64,000 bases of DNA from assembly GCA_964371445.1 (NCBI GenBank), contig CAYJLK010000003.1:1108-65107 (forward strand). Direction: 5' to 3'. Source of the DNA: an uncultured Candidatus Saccharibacteria bacterium. GTDB taxonomy: Bacteria > Patescibacteriota > Minisyncoccia > Phycocordibacterales > Phycocordibacteraceae. Below the pieces are notes generated by a model, which made no database searches, was not told the DNA's origin, and was given only the letters and a program-made list of their open reading frames with translations. Shown here piece by piece: positions 1-9,242 of this stretch. The first letter of the stretch is position 1. Each line of letters begins with the position of its first letter. A program made the position numbers and the translations under genes.

Positions 1-1599
1 GCTGCTATCGGCTTGTTAAGTGATGCCGGAGATATACGCATCGGTGGTACCGGCGGTTCCTGCACCCTCACTGGTGCGGCAAGTGGCGGCACCTGCTTCT
101 CCGACCAGGCGCTCAAGAGCGTGCAGGGTGACATAACTGGTGTCTTAAACGGCATCTCTTCTATCCAACTCAAAACCTTCTACTGGAATGACCTTGCGCA
201 TCAGACGACCAATGCCTCCACGACCATCTTGAACCGTGGGTTCATTGCGCAGGATGTTGAAAATGTATTCCCTGAACTTGTACGTACTGATGAGAATGGA
301 TATAAGACACTTGATTACGGCTCGCTCGGCCTTTATGCCATTGAGGGGATTAGAGAGCTCGACTCCCGCACCCGCTTCATCGAGAACGCCACCACATCCA
401 CGGTTCTCTCCGTGGATGTCGCAGGGCGCATCGGCATCGGCACCTCGACCCCCAACCACACGCTCGAGGTCGCAGGCGAGATAGGCGCCATCGCCTTCAT
501 CAACACCTCCACAAAGGAGCTCAAGACCGACATCAACTACGCCTCCGCGAGCTCCACGAGCGACATGCTGACCCAGCTCAAGAACCTCAAGGTCGCCACC
601 TACCGCTACAAGATAGAGAGCCAACAGGACCCACTGCGCATCGGCCTCATCGCCGAAGACACCCAGCAAGTCGCCCCCGAGATCCTCTCTATCGACGGCA
701 AGGGCATCGACCTCTACAAGCTCGCCACCTTCACCCTCGCCGGTGTGCAGGCCCTCGCTGACAAGGTGAATGCCCAGGAGACACGCATCACCTCGCTTGA
801 AGAGCGGCTTGCGGCCCTTGAGAGCGGGGCTATCTCTACCGCGACGAGCTCGATGCTCTCGCTCTCGACCAGCTCGCTCGCGAGCGCGATTGAGAGCATC
901 GGGAGTGTGCTCCGCATCGGCAAGCTCGTGAGCGACACCTTCTATGCGGCACAGGGCTGGTTCGACAACCTCACGGCAGGGAACGCGACTGTCGGTACGC
1001 CGACCGCGCCGGCAGGCGTCACGCTCTATGACCAGGTGACGAAGCAGCCGTACTGCTTCTCGATCGCGAACGGCGCGCCGACCACGACGCCGGGCATCTG
1101 CGCCGAATCTACCGAAGACATGAATCCGTTTACCGCATCGACAACCCCCTCGACAGCAGCAACCTCCACGCCCACCATCTCAATCACGGAGGCGCTCACC
1201 GTCACGTTGCTCGGCGACAATCCGCTCCGCCTCCCGGTCGGGGGCACCTTCGTCGAGCCGGGTATCGCGGTGACAAACGGCGCCTCGTACATCACCTTCG
1301 TTGACGGTATCGAACAGCCGGCTGATTCGTCTACGATAACCACGTCGAGCGAGACGACCCACATCATCACCTACCGGGCGATGGACGCGGCGGGGAACAC
1401 CGCGACCGTGACGCGCTCGGTTATCGTCGAGAACGCCGACAGCACAATCTCAATTTCTCCGGACACCACTATGCCGGTAGCCGATACCGCCTCTTCGACC
1501 GACATGACAGCAACAACGACACCGATAACGATAACTGAAATCACGACCGATACAGCAACAACGACAGCAACAACGACAGCAACAACAACTCCGCAATAA
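1..1599 (+). CDS. C-terminal part of a large surface/fibre-like protein: two tandem intramolecular chaperone (peptidase S74-like) domains, a DUF5011-like Ig domain and a Thr-rich tail (5' truncated by the window)
   Basis: Frame is open from base 1. Motifs FSDQALK...GFIAQDVENVFPELV...LDY and TSTKELK...IGLIAED...IDLY; VTLLGDNPLRLPVGGTFVEPG...ITYRAMDAAGN; TATTTATTTATTT tail. Confidence 0.75.
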   Translation, partial: AAIGLLSDAGDIRIGGTGGSCTLTGAASGGTCFSDQALKSVQGDITGVLNGISSIQLKTFYWNDLAHQTTNASTTILNRGFIAQDVENVFPELVRTDENGYKTLDYGSLGLYAIEGIRELDSRTRFIENATTSTVLSVDVAGRIGIGTSTPNHTLEVAGEIGAIAFINTSTKELKTDINYASASSTSDMLTQLKNLKVATYRYKIESQQDPLRIGLIAEDTQQVAPEILSIDGKGIDLYKLATFTLAGVQALADKVNAQETRITSLEERLAALESGAISTATSSMLSLSTSSLASAIESIGSVLRIGKLVSDTFYAAQGWFDNLTAGNATVGTPTAPAGVTLYDQVTKQPYCFSIANGAPTTTPGICAESTEDMNPFTASTTPSTAATSTPTISITEALTVTLLGDNPLRLPVGGTFVEPGIAVTNGASYITFVDGIEQPADSSTITTSSETTHIITYRAMDAAGNTATVTRSVIVENADSTISISPDTTMPVADTASSTDMTATTTPITITEITTDTATTTATTTATTTPQ

Positions 1600-1615
1600 T
1601 TATCAGAATTGAAAA

Positions 1616-2242
1616 TTATTGGACCTTGCGATTCGTGAGCGCGGCGCGGAGGGTCTCGGCGTCGGAGTATTCGAGTTCACTGCCGGTCGCGAGACCGCGA
1701 CCGAGACTCGAGAGTTTCAAATGGTCTCGATAGGGCTGGAGGAGTTCGCGCACACGATCGGCGGTGTGTTCTCCCTCGCTCGTCGCTGAGAGGGCGAGCA
1801 CCACTTCGCGTAATGTGATGGACACGGAGTGTCCATCAGAAAGACGTTTCTCGACAGTGCGTACGAGTTCTTTCTCACGTATCGCACCTTTGCCGGTGAG
1901 GGTGAGGACGCCGCCGAGGACGAAGTAGCGCCCCTTATAGGTGCCGGCGCGCTCAAGGGCGGCGAGGTCCTGGTCTTTTTCAACAACGAGGAGCTGAGTG
2001 TCGTCGCGTCGGGTATCAGAACAATAATTACAGACGAGTGTTGTCGTACCACCCGGATTGTAGAAGCGCATGCAGTCGGGACACTGGCGGACATCCTTAC
2101 CTAAAGAGACGATAAGCTCAGCGAGCTTCGTGCGCTCGCTCGCGGGAGCAGCGAGCAGGTAGTAGACAAAACGCTTCCCCTGGCGCGGACCGATACCGGG
2201 GAAGCGAGCAAGCGCCGTGGCGAGTTCGTCGATTCTGTCCAT
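1616..2242 (-). CDS. recR: Recombination mediator RecR
   Basis: HhH motif FPGIGPRQGKR, C4 zinc finger CPDC...CNYC, Toprim VVE..D, GLATGSELEYSD. Confidence 0.95.
   Translation of the reverse strand: MDRIDELATALARFPGIGPRQGKRFVYYLLAAPASERTKLAELIVSLGKDVRQCPDCMRFYNPGGTTTLVCNYCSDTRRDDTQLLVVEKDQDLAALERAGTYKGRYFVLGGVLTLTGKGAIREKELVRTVEKRLSDGHSVSITLREVVLALSATSEGEHTADRVRELLQPYRDHLKLSSLGRGLATGSELEYSDAETLRAALTNRKVQ
1816..1838. repeat. Perfect 10-3-10 palindrome (GGACRY-N3-RYGTCC family) inside recR
   Basis: TGATGGACAC-GGA-GTGTCCATCA, encoding DGHSVSI. Confidence 0.75.
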
Positions 2243-2244
2243 TT

Positions 2245-3600
2245 TTAAAACTCTGCAGCGAGCTCACCGTAGCCCTTGGTGTCGACCGGCTGGAAGGTGG
2301 CGCGCTTCTCGTCGAAGTAGAGCTCGGTCTTGCCGGTCGGACCGTTGCGGTGCTTCTCGATGAGTATCTCGGCAATGCCGGGACGGTCGCTCTCTTTGTT
2401 TGTTTTGTCATCGCGATGAATGAACATCACGACGTCGGCGTCTTGTTCGATAGAACCTGAATCGCGCAGGTCGCTCAAGCGCGGTTTGCCGCCTCTCTGC
2501 TCGACTGCGCGCGAGAGTTGAGAAAGCGCGATGACCGGTACTTCGAGTTCACGTGCGAGCGACTTGAGTGAACGGGATATTTCAGTAATCTGCTGGACCA
2601 TAGAATCAGAAGCCTTGGTCGAGGTCGGCGCCATGAGTTGGAGGTAATCCACCACGATGAGCCCGATGCCGCGTTCGCGCTTCAGCCGGCGAGCGACCGC
2701 GCGCATCGCGAGAATGTTGTTTCCCGGTTTGTCGTCGATGAAGATAGGCGCTTTAGAAAGTGTCTCGAGCGCGTCGCGGATGCGATTGAAATCCTCTTCC
2801 TCTTTCACCTGTCCCGTACGCAGTTTCCACGAGTTGACGAACGATTCAGCCGAGAGCATGCGGTCGATAAGCTGTTCAGAGCTCATTTCAAGGGAGAAGA
2901 TACCGACCGGGACGTTGTGGCGCACGGCGGCGTTTCGGGCGATGTCGAGTGCGAGCGACGTCTTACCGACCGAGGGGCGCGCGGCGAGAATGATGAGGTC
3001 GGATGGGTGGAATCCCGACAACAGATTGTCGAGCGCGGGGAAGCCGGACGGGACGCCGCGGATGCCGCCCTCCTTATGCGAGAGCGCTTCGATGCGCTCC
3101 CACGCCGCGTGTATCTTGTCGCCGATGGCGGTGAACTTGTGCGCGGCAGAGGCATTGCCGATGGCGTAGATGCTCTTCTCGGCTTCATCGAGGACTTCCA
3201 TCGTTTCGCGCGCCTCATCGTATGCGGATTCGCTGATGCCGTATGCTGCGTCGATAAGAGAGCGCATCAGGAACTTGCGCGAGACGAGTTCGGCATAATG
3301 CGAGAAGTTGCCGGGCGCTGGTGCCGAGCCGGCGAGTTCGGCGAGATAGGACCTGCCGCCGCCGCGCTCGAGCAATCCCTGGTCAGAGAGTCGCGCGGAG
3401 AGCGATAACTGATCAATCGGTTCACCACGGTCAGCGAGCTCGCGCATCGCGTTGAATATGATGCGATGCTTCTCTGCGTAAAAAGAATCGGAGTGAATGA
3501 GATCCGAGACGTCGTGGATGGCGTCGGGCTTCAGGAGCAGAGCACCGAGCAGGGCGCGTTCGGATTCGAGAGATTGAGGAGGAACGCGGTCGGTAGCCAT
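2245..3600 (-). CDS. dnaB: Replicative DNA helicase DnaB
   Basis: PPQSLESE N-terminus, Walker A AARPSVGKT, VVDYLQLM, LSQLSR, DLRDSGSIEQDAD. Start moved to ATG 3600, 8 nt after TGaTACAAT. Confidence 0.97.
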   Translation of the reverse strand: MATDRVPPQSLESERALLGALLLKPDAIHDVSDLIHSDSFYAEKHRIIFNAMRELADRGEPIDQLSLSARLSDQGLLERGGGRSYLAELAGSAPAPGNFSHYAELVSRKFLMRSLIDAAYGISESAYDEARETMEVLDEAEKSIYAIGNASAAHKFTAIGDKIHAAWERIEALSHKEGGIRGVPSGFPALDNLLSGFHPSDLIILAARPSVGKTSLALDIARNAAVRHNVPVGIFSLEMSSEQLIDRMLSAESFVNSWKLRTGQVKEEEDFNRIRDALETLSKAPIFIDDKPGNNILAMRAVARRLKRERGIGLIVVDYLQLMAPTSTKASDSMVQQITEISRSLKSLARELEVPVIALSQLSRAVEQRGGKPRLSDLRDSGSIEQDADVVMFIHRDDKTNKESDRPGIAEILIEKHRNGPTGKTELYFDEKRATFQPVDTKGYGELAAEF

Positions 3601-3619
3601 TGCGCCCAATTGTATCAAA

Positions 3620-3745
3620 CCCGACACACAAAGCGACATTGCAATAGTAATTGCTTTTTATTGCTATTGTTCTCTAGAAACACAACCTGAAGTTTCCAAA
3701 ATATCCTTTATCTACTGCACGATTATGTCGCTCTTGTGTGTCGGG
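3620..3745. mobile_element. 126-bp MITE-like element with ~21-bp terminal inverted repeats and a 5-bp target duplication TCAAA
   Basis: CCCGACACACAA-AGCGACAT ... ATGTCGCTCTTGTGTGTCGGG (one indel); TCAAA at 3615-3619 and 3746-3750; AT-rich non-coding interior. Confidence 0.8.
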
Positions 3746-5209
3746 TCAAAGAGTCAGCCGAATCAACACCGGTCCGTCCGGCCCGTCATCCACACGATAT
3801 CCACTGCGTTCGATAGTGGCTCGAATACGGTCAGCTTCTTTAAAATCCTTGGAAACACGGGCTACTTCGCGACGGGAGAGCATCTCGCGTATTTCTTCTG
3901 GAATGTCCACCTCCAGAATCACGTCGTTGTCGTGCGGAACGGTAATCGAAAGACCGAGATGTTTTTCGGCGTCTTCAAGAAGACCCCATTTCTCCTCCGG
4001 CGTGTAATCCTCGCTCTTGAGCGAATCCCACAGGATGCCGATCGCCTGCGACGTCGCGAGATCGTCGCGAATGGCCGCGAGGAATCGTTCCCGCGCTTCA
4101 GAGGGCGCGCTCGCATGCTTCGATTCTTCACCGATTTCTCTTCCGAGTCTCCAGAGCCGTTCGAGCGCGCTCGCGGCGCCCGCAAGCGCATCCCACGAGA
4201 AGGAAAGGGGAGTGCGGTAGTGCGCCTGGAGGAAGAAGTAGCGGAGCGCAAGCGGATGGAATCCTTTTTCGACGACGTCGGAGAGATAGACGACGTTTCC
4301 GAGCGATTTTGAGACTTTCTCTCCGCTCATAGTAAGGAAAGCGTTATGCATCCAGTAATGCACGAATGTTCGACCGCTCGCCGCTTCCGACTGGGCGATC
4401 TCATTGTTGTGGTGAATGGTGACGTGCTCTTCGCCGCCGGTGTGGATGTCGATTTCTTGCCCGAGAAGCGACCGGCTCATCGCCGAGCACTCGATGTGCC
4501 AGCCCGGATTGCCGCGACCCCACGGACTGTCCCACTGCTGTAGGTCGTCCGGCTCCGCAGCTCTCCAGAGGACGAAGTCTGCAGGGTGCCGCTTGCCCTT
4601 CACAACGTCGACACGCGCACCGGCCTCGAGGCTCACGCCGGAGAGCCCTCCGAGCTTCCCGTAACTCGGGAATTTCTGCGTATCGAAATAGAGGCCGTCT
4701 GGGAGGCGGTAGGCAAACCCTTTTTCTTCCAGTGTCCGTGCGAGCGCTATCTGCTCTTTAATATAGTCGGTCGCGCGCGGGAAGACGATGTCGTCGGTAT
4801 CGACATTTAGGTCGTTCAGGTCGTCGATGAAAAATTTCGTATACCGGAGCGCAATCTGTTCGGGAGTCGTGTGTTCACGCTCCGCGCCGACGGCCATCTT
4901 ATCTTCACCGCGATCGCCGTCACCGACGAGGTGGCCGACATCCGTGATATTGATGACGCGCCGCACGCGGTACCCGGCGGCGGCGAGGACGCGCGCGAGC
5001 GTATCTGAAAAAATGAATGCGCGCAGATTGCCGATATGAGCGCGATCATAGACGGTCGGTCCGCACGAATACAAGGAGACGATGCCGGGTCGCTGTGCTA
5101 TGAAGAGCTCTTTTGAGCCCGACAGCGTGTTGGTGAGGAAGACTTGCGCGATCCCCGTTTCTTTTGCCGTGCCCGCTCCTCTGCCGAATAGCCGTTGCCA
5201 GATGCTCAT
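3746..5209 (-). CDS. cysS: Cysteine--tRNA ligase
   Basis: CGPTVYDRAHIGN, PGWHIECSAM, HHNNEIAQSE, KVSKSLGN. Confidence 0.97.
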   Translation of the reverse strand: MSIWQRLFGRGAGTAKETGIAQVFLTNTLSGSKELFIAQRPGIVSLYSCGPTVYDRAHIGNLRAFIFSDTLARVLAAAGYRVRRVINITDVGHLVGDGDRGEDKMAVGAEREHTTPEQIALRYTKFFIDDLNDLNVDTDDIVFPRATDYIKEQIALARTLEEKGFAYRLPDGLYFDTQKFPSYGKLGGLSGVSLEAGARVDVVKGKRHPADFVLWRAAEPDDLQQWDSPWGRGNPGWHIECSAMSRSLLGQEIDIHTGGEEHVTIHHNNEIAQSEAASGRTFVHYWMHNAFLTMSGEKVSKSLGNVVYLSDVVEKGFHPLALRYFFLQAHYRTPLSFSWDALAGAASALERLWRLGREIGEESKHASAPSEARERFLAAIRDDLATSQAIGILWDSLKSEDYTPEEKWGLLEDAEKHLGLSITVPHDNDVILEVDIPEEIREMLSRREVARVSKDFKEADRIRATIERSGYRVDDGPDGPVLIRLTL

Positions 5210-5212
5210 ACT

Positions 5213-6130
5213 TCAGATCCAGCGCTTGCGGGCGACAAAGAGAGTGAGGAAGGTGCCGACGGTGAACATAATTCCCAGAATAATCCAAAAACCATTTGGG
5301 TCGTTTACAAACGGCATATATGCCGCCTTCATCGCAAATATCTTGGCGATAAGAGCGAGCGGCAAGAAAATAAAGCTGACAACGGTAAGTATCTTGATAA
5401 CCTCGTTCTGACGCGCAGAGAGAAGCGCGTTATTGGTCTCGCGCAATTCGCCTGCGATGGCGCGGTGCGTCCCGACGAGCCGCATGACCTGCGCGCGTTC
5501 GGCGAGGATGCGCCCGGAGCGTTCGGCGAACGAAGGACCGAAGAAGCCGCGCCCAGCAAGTACCTTCATGAAATTCTCAAGCGTTTCTTCTTGATCTGCG
5601 AGCGCCGCTTCAAGGTGGAGGAACTCGCGGCTGATATTGGATATCGAGCGGATCGTCAGACGCTCTTGACCGTCGAACATCTCGCGCTCGACGTGCGAGA
5701 GATTGCTCGCGAGGTGGTTCGCGTGGTCGCGCGTAGACGCATAGAGATGCGCGAAGAGTATTTCAAGCAGGACATCGGTGGCGATCCCGTTGTGCTCGCC
5801 GACGAGCTTCTGCGTCTCGAGTATCTTCTTCAGATGATGAAGCGGCACGATAACGTCATACCGCACCGTGATGATGAACCCGTCGCCGACGACGAGATCC
5901 ACCTCTTGGTTCTTCGTCTCGCTGCCGTCTTCTTGAGGCGAAGGGAAATGGAGCACGAGAAGCGCCCGCAGGTCGTCCTGCACGACAAGCGGCGCCGGGG
6001 TAGGGAAGACCAGTTCGGTCTTGATGCGTTCGCGTATTGAAAATTCGCCCGCGATCTGTTGGATCTCGTCGACGCTCGGTCGTTCGAGGTCTACCCACAC
6101 GCCGCCCGGGTACTCATACCGGAATATCAT
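5213..6130 (-). CDS. CorA-family divalent cation transporter
   Basis: WVDLERPS N-terminus, NEVIKILTVVSFIFLPL, two C-terminal TM helices; the GMN signature is replaced by AMK. Confidence 0.85.
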   Translation of the reverse strand: MIFRYEYPGGVWVDLERPSVDEIQQIAGEFSIRERIKTELVFPTPAPLVVQDDLRALLVLHFPSPQEDGSETKNQEVDLVVGDGFIITVRYDVIVPLHHLKKILETQKLVGEHNGIATDVLLEILFAHLYASTRDHANHLASNLSHVEREMFDGQERLTIRSISNISREFLHLEAALADQEETLENFMKVLAGRGFFGPSFAERSGRILAERAQVMRLVGTHRAIAGELRETNNALLSARQNEVIKILTVVSFIFLPLALIAKIFAMKAAYMPFVNDPNGFWIILGIMFTVGTFLTLFVARKRWI

Positions 6131-6177
6131 GCATCTAGAATAGCACAGCGTATTTAGCATGTGCTACACTTTGCAAA

Positions 6178-7422
6178 ATGGAATTTGCGCATCGGACACA
6201 GAGCGTCGTTACTCGCGGGATTTCGTATGCGCTTGTTGCCGCGCTCGCATTTGGCGTCGGACTCTCTTTCGGCACGAACGGCTCCGCGAGCGGCGTCATT
6301 GACCGCATTCCGCTCCTCGGCGACGGTCTCGACGCGACGCCGGATCAGAGCGCCGATCTCGCCGCTTTCTGGAAGGCATGGAACGCGCTGTCGGCAAACT
6401 ACGTCATCACGCATGCTTCTTCCACGCTTCCTACTGCGAAGGAACGCCTCCATGGCGCGATAGGCGGTCTCGCATCTTCCTATGGCGACCCATATACCGT
6501 CTTCTTCCCGCCCGAGGAGGCAAAAGCGTTTGCCGAAAGCATCTCGGGGAGCTTCGCCGGCGTCGGCATGGAAATCGACGTCAAGGACGGCATCCTGACC
6601 GTTATCGCTCCTCTGAAGGGTACGCCCGCGGAGGCGGCGGGCATCAAGGCGGGCGACCTTATCGCCGCTATCGACGGTAAATCGACGGAGGGTCTGTCGA
6701 CTGAAAAGGCAGTAAGCCAGATCCGCGGACCGATTGGGACGACCGTGAGCTTCACCCTCATTCGCGACGGCAGATCGCTTGATATCAAGGTGGTTCGCGA
6801 CACGATCCAAGTGCCCGAGACAGAAGACGGCATCGATGAAGCAAGCGGCGTCTACCATATCGCGCTCTATGAGTTCACTTCGAACTCGGCAGATCTCTTC
6901 GACCAGGCATTCCAGCGATTCAAGAATTCGGGCTCGACAAAGCTCGTCATCGATCTGCGTGGAAACCCTGGAGGCTATCTCGATTCGGCGGTTGATATCG
7001 CAAGCCACTTCCTCCCGGAGGGCGCGACCGTCGTGACGGAGGATTTCGGCGGGAAGGAAAAGAATCAGGTGCACACCAGTCTTGGATATCTCGATATGCC
7101 GGCAGGAGGCGCGATCGCCGTGCTTATCGACGGCGGTTCCGCTTCCGCTTCTGAGATTCTTGCCGGCGCCCTGCAGGACGCCAAAGCCGCGACCGTCATC
7201 GGCGCGCGTTCCTTCGGGAAGGGATCGGTGCAGACGCTGATCGATCTCGACGGCGGGTCGCTGAAGATTACTGTCGCTCGGTGGGTCACGCCCGACGGGC
7301 ATTGGATTATGGGCAACGGCGTCACGCCGGATATCGCCGTAGCATATACGCGCGCCGACGCCGAGGCGAAGAGGGATCCCCAGATGGCCCGCGCGATACA
7401 ATTCCTCACTACCGGGAAATAA
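6178..7422 (+). CDS. ctpA: Carboxyl-terminal processing protease (S41A) with PDZ domain
   Basis: GDPYT, GVGMEI, IDLRGNPGGYL, SASASEI, FGKGSVQ. Confidence 0.92.
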   Translation: MEFAHRTQSVVTRGISYALVAALAFGVGLSFGTNGSASGVIDRIPLLGDGLDATPDQSADLAAFWKAWNALSANYVITHASSTLPTAKERLHGAIGGLASSYGDPYTVFFPPEEAKAFAESISGSFAGVGMEIDVKDGILTVIAPLKGTPAEAAGIKAGDLIAAIDGKSTEGLSTEKAVSQIRGPIGTTVSFTLIRDGRSLDIKVVRDTIQVPETEDGIDEASGVYHIALYEFTSNSADLFDQAFQRFKNSGSTKLVIDLRGNPGGYLDSAVDIASHFLPEGATVVTEDFGGKEKNQVHTSLGYLDMPAGGAIAVLIDGGSASASEILAGALQDAKAATVIGARSFGKGSVQTLIDLDGGSLKITVARWVTPDGHWIMGNGVTPDIAVAYTRADAEAKRDPQMARAIQFLTTGK

Positions 7423-7454
7423 AGGGCGGGTTCTTTGCTGATATACTTTTAAAA

Positions 7455-8021
7455 ATGAATACTACGCCGAACCGAGCCAAAGGCTTCTTGTTGCACGATA
7501 TATTGATTATCGTCGTGAGCGTCAGCATCGCCGCCACCCTCATACGAACGGGATTTCTCGCGGCGATACTGGCGTCGACGCAAGGATTTCAATTCATCGG
7601 GAGCTTCATCGCGGGGTTATTTTTCACTTCAGTCTTTACGACGGCGCCCGCCATAGTCACGTTCGGCGAGATCGCTCGCGTGAGTGCGATACTGCCGATG
7701 GCCCTCTTTGGAGCGATGGGAGCCGTCGTGGGCGACCTAATTATTTTCCGATTTATCCGGGACAAGTTCTCCGAACATCTGCTCGAGCTGGTACAGCACC
7801 GGCATATAGGGAAGAGGGTGCATACGCTTTTCAAGCTGAGACTCTTCCGCTGGTTGTCGCTCTTCGTGGGAGGTTTGATCATCGCTTCGCCGCTCCCCGA
7901 CGAGCTTGGAATCAGCCTGTTCGGCTTTTCAAAACTGAAGACGTCATGGTTCATTCCGCTTTCATTCACCTTTAACTTCATAGGAATCGTTCTGATAGGT
8001 CTCGTCGCGCGGGCGGTCTGA
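7455..8021 (+). CDS. Conserved multi-pass membrane protein
   Basis: Hydrophobic helices and the IIASPLPDELG motif; ATG 7 nt after TGaTATACT. Confidence 0.75.
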   Translation: MNTTPNRAKGFLLHDILIIVVSVSIAATLIRTGFLAAILASTQGFQFIGSFIAGLFFTSVFTTAPAIVTFGEIARVSAILPMALFGAMGAVVGDLIIFRFIRDKFSEHLLELVQHRHIGKRVHTLFKLRLFRWLSLFVGGLIIASPLPDELGISLFGFSKLKTSWFIPLSFTFNFIGIVLIGLVARAV

Positions 8022-8066
8022 GGAATAGTTGCTAAATATAGGAAAGGCAGTTACTCTGGGCGCTAT

Positions 8067-8510
8067 ATGAAAGTAATTTTGACCAAGGATGTGAAGGGCG
8101 TGGGGCGTGCGCATGACACGCTTGTCCTTGCGGACGGGTATGCGCTCAATTTCCTCATTCCGAAGAAGCTGGCGATTGCGGCGACGCCCGTCGCGATACA
8201 GGAGGCGGGATTGCGCCAGAAACAGACGGCCGAGCGTTCAGCGCTCGACACCGCGCTTATCGCGCAAAATATCGCCTCCCTCGCCACTGCACGCATCGTG
8301 CTCAAGGCAAAAGCGAATGAAAAAGGGCATCTCTATGATGCGATCGGGGAGCTGGAGATACTCACCGCATGCAAGGAACAGGCGCACATCGACCTTCCCA
8401 AGGGCGCGATCAGGCTCGGAAAGCCCATCAAGGAACTCGGTACATTTGATATCCCGGTCGCCTCCGGCGAAGTATTCGGGAAGTTTCCCATTACTATTGA
8501 AGCCGAATAG
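8067..8510 (+). CDS. rplI: 50S ribosomal protein L9
   Basis: MKVILTKDVKGVG...DGYALNFLIPK. Confidence 0.95.
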   Translation: MKVILTKDVKGVGRAHDTLVLADGYALNFLIPKKLAIAATPVAIQEAGLRQKQTAERSALDTALIAQNIASLATARIVLKAKANEKGHLYDAIGELEILTACKEQAHIDLPKGAIRLGKPIKELGTFDIPVASGEVFGKFPITIEAE

Positions 8511-8515
8511 TTATT

Positions 8516-8550
8516 AAAAAAAGCGCCGCCCCGATGGGCGGCGCTTTTTT
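8516..8550. terminator. Bidirectional intrinsic terminator between rplI and rpmA
   Basis: AAAAAAAGCGCCGCCC-CGAT-GGGCGGCGCTTTTTT. Confidence 0.9.
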
Positions 8551-8557
8551 CTGTTGA

Positions 8558-8830
8558 TTAGATGACGTCGGCGACTTTCTTCTGCATCACGCGGCCCGTG
8601 AAGCTTACCTTGCGGCGGGTGCGGAAAGCGACCTTGCCTGTGGCGATGGAGAAAAGCGTGTGGTCGCGACCGACACGGACATTTTTTCCCGCTTCGATCT
8701 TCGTTCCGCGCTGGCGGACGATGACCATGCCCGGACGAGCCGCTGCACCGTCGGCAAGCTTCACTCCGAGATATTTCGGATTTGAAGTATTAAGGTTTTT
8801 TGCCGAACCTCCGGCTTTCGTTGATGCCAT
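8558..8830 (-). CDS. rpmA: 50S ribosomal protein L27
   Basis: MASTKAGGS...YLGVK...IVRQRGT...GRDHTLF. Confidence 0.95.
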   Translation of the reverse strand: MASTKAGGSAKNLNTSNPKYLGVKLADGAAARPGMVIVRQRGTKIEAGKNVRVGRDHTLFSIATGKVAFRTRRKVSFTGRVMQKKVADVI

Positions 8831-8858
8831 AGACGAATATTTAGTATAGTGTTACCCG

Positions 8859-9224
8859 ATGACTATAGCAGAGGCGCGGGAAAAATGCAAAGGATTGCTC
8901 GCTAGAATACCCCGGGATGTGCTTGTTATCGGCATCCTCGTTCTCTCTTCTTCGGCGAGCTTCGGTCTCGGATTTCTCGCGGGGCAGGGAAGCGGATCGG
9001 GAGGCGCCGCTCCCTCCTCTACAGAGCCCTCTGTCACCTCCCTGCCTGAGGCGGCACCGGACGCGGCAGGACAGGTCGTCGCATCGAAGAACGGGACGAA
9101 ATATTATCTGCCGGAATGTGCGGGAGCAGACCGCATTGCTCCGGCAAATAAGGTATGGTTTGCGTCTCCCGCCGCCGCACTCGCGGCCGGTTATGCGCCG
9201 GCAGTGAATTGCAAAGGTCTCTAG
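8859..9224 (+). CDS. Membrane-anchored protein with Ada-type metal-binding domain
   Basis: N-terminal TM, then VASKNGTKYYLPEC...FAS..AA.AAGY.P..NC. Confidence 0.75.
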   Translation: MTIAEAREKCKGLLARIPRDVLVIGILVLSSSASFGLGFLAGQGSGSGGAAPSSTEPSVTSLPEAAPDAAGQVVASKNGTKYYLPECAGADRIAPANKVWFASPAAALAAGYAPAVNCKGL

Positions 9225-9242
9225 TCTGATATCATAAAGCGA

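Noticed and set aside
6154-7401. Long antisense ORFs (also 21998-23242, 30205-31503, 36929-37600, 38090-38992, 44955-46031)
   Set aside because: These are shadow frames of GC-rich, clearly identified genes, with no motifs or start signals.
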